Part shown: one piece after another, positions 27,952-35,244 of the stretch
How positions within the stretch are numbered: position 1 is the first letter of the stretch
Layout of the letters: each line of letters starts with the position of its first letter
From: a virus
Virus record (IMG/VR): IMGVR_UViG_3300045988_175328
Location: 160,001-224,000 of that record
Length of the DNA stretch: 64,000 bases
Direction: 5' to 3' (one strand)
Program-made: the position numbers and the translations under genes
The notes under the pieces: generated by a model
Seen by the model: only the letters and a program-made list of their open reading frames with translations
What the model was told of the DNA's origin: nothing
Databases searched by the model: none

Positions 27952-28122
27952 ATGAGAGACGAAATCATTTTATTAATTTCCAGCATTGCAGTAGGAGTGG
28001 GAATTTCTACTCTTATTAATGAGGTTTTCCCTATATTAGTGGATTATCCATTAGTAATGTCTATCTTCGGAGGAATCATCTCAGGAGCGATATATTATTT
28101 TATTCACTTGTTATCATACTAG
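27952..28122 (+). CDS. small membrane protein (56 aa), not in the ORF track
   Basis: SD GGAGGAGG. Sequence MRDEIILLISSIAVGVGISTLINEVFPILVDYPLVMSIFGGIISGAIYYFIHLLSY. Confidence 0.5.
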   Translation: MRDEIILLISSIAVGVGISTLINEVFPILVDYPLVMSIFGGIISGAIYYFIHLLSY

Positions 28123-28129
28123 TAGAATA

Positions 28130-28278
28130 AAATCCTCAGACCTCAGCAAGTCTTTAAACTACTCTTTCCTGACAGTTCCTAAGTATGAACATAAAACTGC
28201 TTATCTTTTAAAAATCCTCGCTTGTGAGGTGCTTGCGTAGAAATAGCAAGCTATATTATTTTAATTAGGCCTTAGGCC
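28130..28278 (+). promoter_or_regulatory. intergenic motif cluster
   Basis: AAATCCTC at 28130 and 28212. Boxes at 28141-28161 and 28178-28199. GCTTGCGTAGAAATAGCAAGC at 28231-28251. GGCCTTAGGCC at 28268-28278. Confidence 0.6.
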
Positions 28279-28295
28279 AGAAATGGAGTTTTATC

Positions 28296-28766
28296 ATGAA
28301 AACACAAAAATCTACAGAACGCAAATTAGTTAATTTTTCTAGCTACTTTAAACAAAAAGACGACAAAGTCTTTGGTGCTGCTGTATTGCACTGCGGCAAG
28401 GAAGTGCAAGTTGCTGCTTACAATGGCGGCAAAGCCCTTCATTCTATTGAAGGAGCTGTGTGTGCAGCAGCATGCGCAGCTACAGTAAATATGAAGAAGG
28501 GAGACCTCTTCACCATGATTGTTGACTTGAAGACATTACGCCAATTATGGTCTGCTATTAAAACTGGCAATGTAACTGATGACTTCGCAGGCAATGAGGC
28601 GGAACGCAATGCCGTTATCAAAATGGCCGAACGCGTTCCAGCCCTTCGGGCTCGCGGCATTATTGTGAACATTCGTGCTCATAAAGATGTCTATGCAAGT
28701 GGAGGATACTTAGCAGGGCAACTCCCAATTTGGAGCCGTATGGCTACCAAAGCTATGAACATCTAA
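28296..28766 (+). CDS. hypothetical protein
   Basis: ORF with an SD. Possibly a distant paralog of 52009-52662. Confidence 0.55.
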   Translation: MKTQKSTERKLVNFSSYFKQKDDKVFGAAVLHCGKEVQVAAYNGGKALHSIEGAVCAAACAATVNMKKGDLFTMIVDLKTLRQLWSAIKTGNVTDDFAGNEAERNAVIKMAERVPALRARGIIVNIRAHKDVYASGGYLAGQLPIWSRMATKAMNI

Positions 28767-28839
28767 ATCCTCTGACCTGAGCATGTCGGTAAACTGCTCA
28801 ATTATTTAATTTAATTTAATTAAGGGCGGCAAATCGCCC
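28765..28839 (+). promoter_or_regulatory. intergenic motif cluster
   Basis: AAATCCTC at 28765, fused to the box at 28776-28796. GGGCGGCAAATCGCCC at 28824-28839. Confidence 0.6.
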
Positions 28840-28851
28840 GAGGAGGTTTAT

Positions 28852-29337
28852 ATGCAAACTTTGAAAATTAACAATCCTACAAGAAACTTAATTGAGATGA
28901 CTTTAGAGGTCACAAAATTAAACGGCACTATTGAACAAGACGGCAATGCTGTTATCATTAATTTGCCAGAAGAACAGGTGTCTGCCTTTGTAGAATGGTA
29001 CGGTGGTACTGGACTTAAGGAGACTGCCCTTGCCATCGCAAAGAAAGCAGGAGCATTAACTGCCAAAGCAGGAGACCTTACGAAAGTAGGGACTGTTGCT
29101 TTAGGAAAATTATCTTTCAAGACAGCCTTCGGTATGACTCGCAGAGCCATTGAGGCGACCGCGGGGATCACAGCTGCGGCCGTTAATGGCGCCAAAGAAG
29201 CTTATAGCGAAATGGTAAGTTCTGACGAGTTCAGAGCTGTTAAAGAATCTTTTAGTTCTGGACGCGGCAACGGCATTGAATTTGTCGAAATGACACCGGT
29301 TGTTCAAGCTGAAGTAGCAGAAGTTGTAGAAGGATAG
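28852..29337 (+). CDS. hypothetical protein, GC-rich paralog of 50581-51096
   Basis: Shared pattern A.L..K..DL.K..G.L.FKT.FG..RR..E..AG..KE.Y..M..S.EF..F...NG. Confidence 0.65.
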   Translation: MQTLKINNPTRNLIEMTLEVTKLNGTIEQDGNAVIINLPEEQVSAFVEWYGGTGLKETALAIAKKAGALTAKAGDLTKVGTVALGKLSFKTAFGMTRRAIEATAGITAAAVNGAKEAYSEMVSSDEFRAVKESFSSGRGNGIEFVEMTPVVQAEVAEVVEG

Positions 29338-29369
29338 AAATCCTCAGACCTGAGCAAGTCGTTAAACTG
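29338..29369 (+). promoter_or_regulatory. AAATCCTC hairpin fused to a TAAACTG box
   Basis: AAATCCTCAGACCTGAGCAAGTCGTTAAACTG, near-identical to the copies at 28765 and 28130. Confidence 0.6.
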
Positions 29370-29409
29370 CTTAATTTAAATTGAATTATATTTTATGGAG
29401 GGAACTGTC

Positions 29410-29523
29410 ATGAATAAAGAAGTTAAACAAATTATTGCATCTATCGGAGTATTAGGATTGTGTTACGCAGTCGGATACGCTATTGGCTATTTCGGATTTA
29501 ATCTTGTTAAGAAAATTAAATAA
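29410..29523 (+). CDS. small membrane peptide (37 aa), not in the ORF track
   Basis: SD GGAGGG. Sequence MNKEVKQIIASIGVLGLCYAVGYAIGYFGFNLVKKIK. Confidence 0.45.
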   Translation: MNKEVKQIIASIGVLGLCYAVGYAIGYFGFNLVKKIK

Positions 29524-29533
29524 AGGAGGCTAC

Positions 29534-29794
29534 ATGACTATTTCTGAACTTGAGGGCGCCATTAAAATGATGTTCATCATTTACGGCGAGCCGACCGCAA
29601 CGAATATTGGCTACGGTGTTTTCAGAGTCACCGCTAGTGATGCTGAAATCCTTATTGAGAGGATTGATACTACTGGTGGATCTAGTATTAAACTGACTGG
29701 TCCGTCTGGTTCTATTGAAAAAGACGAGCCGTCTTTAGAATTTAGATTGTTGGTTGACCGTCTAGAGCGAGTTGTAGACGGTTATAATTATTAG
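29534..29794 (+). CDS. small acidic protein
   Basis: The ATG at 29534 follows AAAGGAGG. The track start at 29483 overlaps the upstream peptide. Confidence 0.55.
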   Translation: MTISELEGAIKMMFIIYGEPTATNIGYGVFRVTASDAEILIERIDTTGGSSIKLTGPSGSIEKDEPSLEFRLLVDRLERVVDGYNY

Positions 29795-29816
29795 TTTATC
29801 TGTAAGGAGAAACATT

Positions 29817-30302
29817 ATGGAATTACAAGTAATTAAAGGTATGGTTATTGCGGCAAAATTAGCAAACAAATTTATGGGCGGCGCCTTGGAAAACAATCGT
29901 GCCGAGCTCCAAATCGGTGACGTGAATTTAGTTATTTACAGCGCTGGCGGAAACGAGGTAGTAATTGCTCCAACTTCTATGGAGATGTGGTATGACCCAA
30001 TCCATGTTGAAGGAACTTTGGAAACTGTCTTCGATACCATCGGAGAGATGCTAAAAGAAGCTGTCGAAGATGACGAAGACTCTCCATATCGTTACGAGTT
30101 TCCTAACTTAGAGCGCCTTGTCGAGTATATCGAGAAAGAAACAGGTGTCGTAGCTAACGAACATCCTAAATGCTATACTAAAGAATGGGACGGTATTATG
30201 GAATTCGACGAGTTCAAAATCGTTTTCTTTGGGCCATACCATGGTACTGTATATGTGCCGGAAGATTACAAACTTAACTTTGTGTTGAAAGAGTTACCAT
30301 AA
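29817..30302 (+). CDS. small acidic protein, paralog of 30582-31061
   Basis: Shared IKG(M/L)(V/I)(I/M)AAKLANK.. and FGPYHGTVY(V/A)PEDY(K/Q)LNFVL(K/D)ELP. Confidence 0.65.
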   Translation: MELQVIKGMVIAAKLANKFMGGALENNRAELQIGDVNLVIYSAGGNEVVIAPTSMEMWYDPIHVEGTLETVFDTIGEMLKEAVEDDEDSPYRYEFPNLERLVEYIEKETGVVANEHPKCYTKEWDGIMEFDEFKIVFFGPYHGTVYVPEDYKLNFVLKELP

Positions 30303-30313
30303 GGAGAAATATT

Positions 30314-30568
30314 ATGGAATTAATTAAAGGATTATTCATTGGCGCCGCCTTACTAGGCAAACCAGTTCTCGTTAAGAAAGAACGGAAGGGCGTATACAAT
30401 TTTATTATCGGGCCGATCACAGTTTTTATCTATGATTGGGATGACAGTCGCACTATCGTCGGTATTGATGGACCAGAAGGTTCATACGAATCTTACAAAA
30501 TCGACGGGGATGTGAGAACAGTATTACACTACCTTGTAGATGTCAACAATAATATCGAGATTAAATAG
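30314..30568 (+). CDS. small protein related to the N-terminal half of 29817-30302
   Basis: MELIKGLFIGAALLGK.. aligns with MELQVIKGMVIAAKLANK.. Confidence 0.55.
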   Translation: MELIKGLFIGAALLGKPVLVKKERKGVYNFIIGPITVFIYDWDDSRTIVGIDGPEGSYESYKIDGDVRTVLHYLVDVNNNIEIK

Positions 30569-30581
30569 GAGTATTATTGCT

Positions 30582-31061
30582 ATGAAAATTATTGAAGGTT
30601 TAATTATGGCTGCAAGATTAGCAAATAAAGATATAACATATCGACTAGAAATTAATTATGCCGAATTTAAGATTGGAGATATTACTTTAGATATCTACAT
30701 AAAAGATAAAAATATAGTTATGATTACTCCGACTTGTGAGAACATGTGGGGACAGCCACTCTATATCGAAGGAACAGTCGGGTCTGTTTTCTCTGATATC
30801 TTAGACATGGTAAACGAATCAGATGTCGATTCTGAGAATTCTCCGTATCGTCAGCGCTTTTCAAATTTAAAATCTTTGGTTGAGTACATCGTAAAAGAAA
30901 CGGGAGCTATTGCAGGAGAACATCCCAAACGTTATATCGAAGAGTGCGCTGACGTTATCGAATTCATTGAATTTAAAGTTGTATTATTCGGGCCATATCA
31001 TGGAACAGTGTATGCTCCCGAAGATTACCAACTGAACTTTGTTTTAGACGAATTACCGTAA
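30582..31061 (+). CDS. small acidic protein, paralog of 29817-30302
   Basis: The ATG at 30582 is preferred (SD TAGGAG). Confidence 0.65.
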   Translation: MKIIEGLIMAARLANKDITYRLEINYAEFKIGDITLDIYIKDKNIVMITPTCENMWGQPLYIEGTVGSVFSDILDMVNESDVDSENSPYRQRFSNLKSLVEYIVKETGAIAGEHPKRYIEECADVIEFIEFKVVLFGPYHGTVYAPEDYQLNFVLDELP

Positions 31062-31070
31062 GGAGAATTT

Positions 31071-31295
31071 ATGATGGTATTATATTTCGATACAGTTGAG
31101 GAGCTTATCGAATATTTTAAAAAGAAATCTGGATTCGAGCCGGGGCCTGTGAAAATTATTCGTTATTCTGATGGCGCATTCGATATTGTATATGGAGATA
31201 TCGAGCTAGAATTCGAGAATAAGATTAAAGGTTCCGTCTTGTTCTGTGGCGACTTTATGGTTCGCTTCGAACTTGGCACTCCCGTCGTAATCTAA
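31071..31295 (+). CDS. small acidic protein
   Basis: ORF with SD AAGGAG. Confidence 0.55.
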   Translation: MMVLYFDTVEELIEYFKKKSGFEPGPVKIIRYSDGAFDIVYGDIELEFENKIKGSVLFCGDFMVRFELGTPVVI

Positions 31296-31296
31296 A

Positions 31297-31314
31297 AAAT
31301 CCTCGTTGGCGAGG
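31297..31314 (+). promoter_or_regulatory. AAATCCTC hairpin copy
   Basis: AAATCCTCGTTGGCGAGG, with a perfect CCTCG/CGAGG stem (compensatory change relative to CCTCA/TGAGG). Confidence 0.6.
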
Positions 31315-31347
31315 TCGTATTTAAAATTTAATTAAGGAGGAATTATT

Positions 31348-31611
31348 ATGAACATGTCTTATTACGGAAGCTTATTTGATTTGGTAGAAGATATTAAAAA
31401 AGACTGCGGCGGATGGGAAACGTACAGTTATAAAGCCAAAGGCAATCAGTTAGACATTGAATTCTTTTTGGGCGACGATATCGTATGTAAGGCTGTCTTC
31501 GTGTTCGAGAAAAACTTAATCGAAGGATCTTATGTTGTCGACGAAGATATTTATGACTTCTCGGTTAAAACGGATGAAGTATTACACCATTTGTTTGCAC
31601 GTTTAGGTTAG
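31348..31611 (+). CDS. small acidic protein
   Basis: ORF with SD AAGGAGG. Confidence 0.55.
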   Translation: MNMSYYGSLFDLVEDIKKDCGGWETYSYKAKGNQLDIEFFLGDDIVCKAVFVFEKNLIEGSYVVDEDIYDFSVKTDEVLHHLFARLG

Positions 31612-31657
31612 TTGCTTGGGTCCTTCGGGACCCTTATTCTTTTATCTGGAGGTTACT

Positions 31658-31891
31658 ATGTCTATTGAATGGATTAAAGATATGTTTATTAAATTAAAAG
31701 ATGAGGCCGGAGCTATTGTCGGCATTGGTAATATGCATGACTATGATTTCGGGAAGATGTCTTTTAATTTTATCGACATGGACTTTGGAGTTGTCGGCGT
31801 CTCTTTCTGGGAAGGAGATGACGTATTTAATTTTGACGTATGCGCCGACTATGAAGAATTAATTAATGAACTTAATAGTATTCTAGGATAA
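31658..31891 (+). CDS. small acidic protein
   Basis: The ATG at 31658 follows GGAGG. The track start lies inside the GGGTCC-TTCG-GGACCC hairpin at 31617-31634. Confidence 0.55.
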   Translation: MSIEWIKDMFIKLKDEAGAIVGIGNMHDYDFGKMSFNFIDMDFGVVGVSFWEGDDVFNFDVCADYEELINELNSILG

Positions 31892-31901
31892 GGAGAACTA
31901 T

Positions 31902-32135
31902 ATGGAAAACTTGTGCGAATTATTAATGGAAGAAAAAGAAATAGGATTAGTTCAGTCTGTCGAGATTGAAGACGACTTATATCTATATGAATATCCAAGC
32001 GGCCGAGCACTCGTTAAAGAAATAGACGGGTACGCTACTTGTGACGTAGAGGTGGACGGAAGAAGATTCTTTTCAGATATCCATCTGCCATATAAAGATG
32101 TGGTGCGAGAATTAAACAGAGTCGTAGAATTATAA
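31902..32135 (+). CDS. small acidic protein
   Basis: ORF with SD AAGGAG. Confidence 0.55.
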   Translation: MENLCELLMEEKEIGLVQSVEIEDDLYLYEYPSGRALVKEIDGYATCDVEVDGRRFFSDIHLPYKDVVRELNRVVEL

Positions 32136-32140
32136 TAATA

Positions 32141-32700
32141 AGGGGTGCCCGAGCGAAGCGAGGGGTTAACGCCCCTTTTATTTTTTTCTAATAACCGTCT
32201 CCAACGGATCTAGCGAGCGAAGCGAGCGATTAACGAACCTACTATGTTTAAAGGGCGAGCGAATGCGAGCCCTTGTTAATGGACTTGTTTATATGAGGCG
32301 AGCGAAGCGAGCCGTTAATGTACCTATCTTAAGTTTAGTAAGGGCGAGCGAAGCGAGCCCATTAAAGAACTAACTTAAAGATAGTAGCGATGCGAACGAA
32401 GTGAGCCGAGCTGTTGGTCCTTACTATAGTATAGTCGGCGAGTGAAACGAGCCGTTATAGTATAGTACTTATATATAGTATTAATAGAAAGAACCCGAAG
32501 GGTTATTATGTATAATAGTATATATAAGCGAAAAAGGGAGCGTGAGCGACAGAAGGAGAGGCGGCGAACGAAGTGAGCCGTTGTTTGTTTCTTTGTTCCT
32601 GTATATATAAGAAAAGACAAGACAATTTGTTTTCGTCTTTTTGTTATATATAGTATAAAGAAAAAGAATAAATGGGCGCGAGCGGCAGCGAGCGATTGTT
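32141..32700 (+). repeat. array of at least 9 GCGAGCGAAGCGAGC-type hairpin repeats
   Basis: Perfect GCGAAGC cores at 32153, 32217, 32302 and 32348. Degenerate copies near 32253, 32386, 32437, 32560 and 32674. Spacing is irregular at about 45-115 nt. The first copy is embedded in the terminator of the upstream gene (GGGG..CCCC plus a T-run, 32162-32187). Confidence 0.8.
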
Positions 32701-32827
32701 TGTTCTTGTATACTATATAATAGTATAAGAAAGACAAGAATTTTTTTGTTTGTCTTATAGTACTATATAGTATTAATAGTAAAAGAAATAAAAAAAAGAA
32801 TGCCGGAAGTGGTCTTGAAGAGATTTA

Positions 32828-33481
32828 TGGTAATATAAGTCATGGTACATGACTTAACCCGTGGGAATTGTGGACGACCCTTCCTTCCGGTGCATGTACC
32901 TTTTTTATTTTTTGTCGCTGGCTCTTATTTAATTTTTGTTCTTGTTATATACTATATATATAATAATAAAAGAAATTAAAATAAGAATCGGCGCCGAGAA
33001 AATTTTGAGTAATATAAGTCTCGAAGAGACTTAACCGTGAGGTAGAATGGCCGGATGAATTGCTATTGTCTTATACTATATATATAGTAAGACACATAAC
33101 ATATCGCCGCCCGAACCCTTTAAAAAATTTTATTATTAAATTAATTTATATTTTTTAATTTTTTCGCCCCTGGTATTTTATTATAGTACTATATAGTAAT
33201 AATATATAAACATAACAACATAATAATAATCGCCCGGGCTTCCTGAAAAAATTTTTGGTAATATAAGTCTCGAAGAGACTTAACTCCTTACCCCCGGTAT
33301 CTTGATCCCGTAGGGGTCTTATTGTACTGTATCTACACTATAGTACTTACCGAACAAAATGTTTCTTATCTTACTTTTTATTCGGTTGTACATAGGGTTA
33401 GACACTTCGGTACATTAAAAAATTTTTTTTCTAAAAAAATGACTAACGTAACTTTTATGAGTAATATAACTAACGTTAGTT
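32828..33481 (+). repeat. four tandem ~200-nt units, each with a TG(G/AG)TAATAT extended -10-like box directly followed by a perfect hairpin
   Basis: Units at 32828-32855 (AAGTCATG-GTA-CATGACTT), 33006-33032 and 33256-33281 (AAGTCTC-GAA-GAGACTT), and 33458-33481 (AACTAAC/GTTAGTT). Each is preceded by an A/T run, a GC palindrome (CGGCGCCG, GCCCGGGC) and TATAGTACTATA-type palindromes. Confidence 0.7.
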
Positions 33482-33540
33482 TTCTTCGAAGAGAAGTAAG
33501 CTGAAACTGCAAGGCTGCCTGCTCTACGACTGCCCGTACG

Positions 33541-34200
33541 GTTTTTTATAGAAGAATGGTAGTGTATTAATACTGTACTGTTAGTACTACTAGTACTGTA
33601 CTACTCGACCCACACCTTTTGTGGCTGTGCCCTAAAAGGACGGGCCACTCTAATAGTTTTTTTACAGAAATTGTAGTTAATTTGTACTATTTCTAATGCA
33701 ATATTAATAGTAAAACTGCATTGGTTTTTCTGTACTTATAGATATACTAATTGCATTAGTTTTACAGATACAATTGTATTGGTTTTACAGTACCAACAGT
33801 TAACTAACACTACAGTACTTACAGTACTAATAAGACCGTACCAATGGTTTTAATGGTACTATAGTAAGATTGTACCATTGCCAATACAGCACTGCAAATA
33901 AAACCGTACTGTTTTGCAGTACTAAATGGTAATTAAATTGGTATGTTAATACAGTACTAACAAAACTGAACCAATGCTATTAATAGTACTACAGTTAAAC
34001 TGTATCAACAAGACAGTACCTATAGTACTATCAGAACTATAGTTAGATTGTATCAATAAGACAGAACCAATAGAACTATTGAAGCTATAGAAAGACTGTA
34101 CTAATTAAACTGTACTAATAGTATTAACAGTACATATAGTAAAGTAGTATTATATTAATAATTGTAATAGTAGTATTAATAATAAGAAGAATAAAGAAAA
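33541..34200. repeat. GTAC-rich iteron-like array
   Basis: I count 21 GTAC (8 of them AGTACT) between 33575 and 34133. A degenerate ~13-nt unit A(A/G)A(C/T)TGTA(C/T)(C/T)AAT recurs every 20-35 nt. There is no ORF. Confidence 0.7.
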
Positions 34201-34214
34201 GAAAAATTTTTTTC

Positions 34215-34241
34215 TTAAGGGGCAAGCCCCTTAACAACCCC
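34215..34241 (+). repeat. TTAAGGGGCAAGCCCCTTAACAACCCC element, copy 2
   Basis: Exact 27-mer preceded by GAAAAATTTTTTTC. Confidence 0.85.
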
Positions 34242-34462
34242 AAGTTGGTGAAGTTTAAAACAGCAGTAATATAAAGACTGTGTTTTTTGTATCACCTCCA
34301 ATACCGAAACACACATCATAATGTTTCCTCCTTTCTAAAATGATGAGAACTGAGAGCTCGGTTGAAACTTAGACCGAGCCTTGGTCTTATCGCGTTTACG
34401 CGTAATATACGAGTCCTGTAAGGACTCGATAACTGGAAACGATGTTAATTTATAGGAATATA

Positions 34463-34487
34463 GCCGCCCGTTTGGGCGGCTTTTTTT
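34463..34487 (+). terminator. intrinsic terminator
   Basis: GCCGCCC-GTTT-GGGCGGC followed by TTTTTTT. It closes a ~250-nt hairpin-rich ORF-free stretch (34242-34487). Confidence 0.8.
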
Positions 34488-34508
34488 GTTTTATTTGAGG
34501 TGTTATTT

Positions 34509-35237
34509 ATGGGATTTGATGGAAACTATAAAGACGAAAAATGGATTGTTTCGATAAACCGAGAGAAGAATCTTATTATCGAAGAACGAGGTGAGTTGTA
34601 TGAAGTTCAATGTATCGGAATGAATGGCAATGTGTTAGTCGACAGAGTATTCTTTATGGGCCCGATTAGCGAAGAAGAAGTTTGGGAACTTATCTGGAGA
34701 CTGAGATTGGAAGGTATAGACGGAGAACTAACGATAGAAGAAAGTGGTTTGAACTATAAGGATTGGTTTGACGGGTTCGGTTTATACGAAAGCGATTTGT
34801 TATTTGGAGGATCCTGTTTATGGAGAAGAACTGTCGGAGATGTTATTATCGATATCGGTATATCAGGTAACGGTAGAAATATTATGTACGAGAGAAAAGA
34901 AGATAGTTTCTTTGAAGTTTTAGTATATAGTGGTAACAGTAAAATTAGAAGTGAAATTAGTCAAAGTAAGAGCTTTGGTATTGGTAGTCCTTATAATAAT
35001 AGTGATATTCTTAGTAATAGTATAGATAGTGTTATTATTGATAATAGTAATAGTAGTAATAATAGTGGAGATGGTAATAATGGTATATATAGTTATAACT
35101 ATAGTGGATTACCTTGTTATTATAGAGGATATATTAGTTACTATATAGTATTAGAGATTATAGATATGTTTATTAGAGAGTATGGAGGAGTTAAAGAGAA
35201 AAGAAAAATTTTTTTTCTTAAGGGGCAAGCCCCTTAA
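34509..35237 (+). CDS. two-module paralog (N-terminal module plus WF/YYIVLEII module)
   Basis: The ATG at 34509 follows GAGGTG. It aligns with 37057-37665 and 37655-38173 (LYDV/LYEV, EEE(V/M)(L/W)ELIW.LR.E, YKDWF.GF, YYIVLEII). It contains an N/S-rich low-complexity insert. Confidence 0.6.
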   Translation: MGFDGNYKDEKWIVSINREKNLIIEERGELYEVQCIGMNGNVLVDRVFFMGPISEEEVWELIWRLRLEGIDGELTIEESGLNYKDWFDGFGLYESDLLFGGSCLWRRTVGDVIIDIGISGNGRNIMYERKEDSFFEVLVYSGNSKIRSEISQSKSFGIGSPYNNSDILSNSIDSVIIDNSNSSNNSGDGNNGIYSYNYSGLPCYYRGYISYYIVLEIIDMFIREYGGVKEKRKIFFLKGQAP

Positions 35238-35244
35238 CAACCCC
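35218..35244 (+). repeat. TTAAGGGGCAAGCCCCTTAACAACCCC element, copy 3
   Basis: Exact 27-mer overlapping the stop of 34509-35237. Confidence 0.85.

Noticed and set aside
32141-32737. The GCGAGCGAAGCGAGC array as a CRISPR array, and the 120-aa minus-strand ORF 32375-32737.
   Set aside because: Repeat spacing is irregular (about 45-115 nt) and the copies degenerate progressively. The intervening segments are themselves repeats, and no cas genes are present. The ORF is a read-through of the repeats with no SD.
33322-33504. 60-aa plus-strand ORF in the repeat region.
   Set aside because: It spans promoter-like and hairpin units, has no SD and has a repeat-derived sequence.
34215-34319. 34-aa minus-strand ORF with a strong AGGAGG SD (rc of 34324-34329) ending inside the TTAAGGGGC palindrome.
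   Set aside because: It is the only minus-strand candidate in a plus-strand region, it is very short, and its C-terminus is dictated by the palindrome. The evidence is insufficient to call it, but ribosome profiling would be worth a look.
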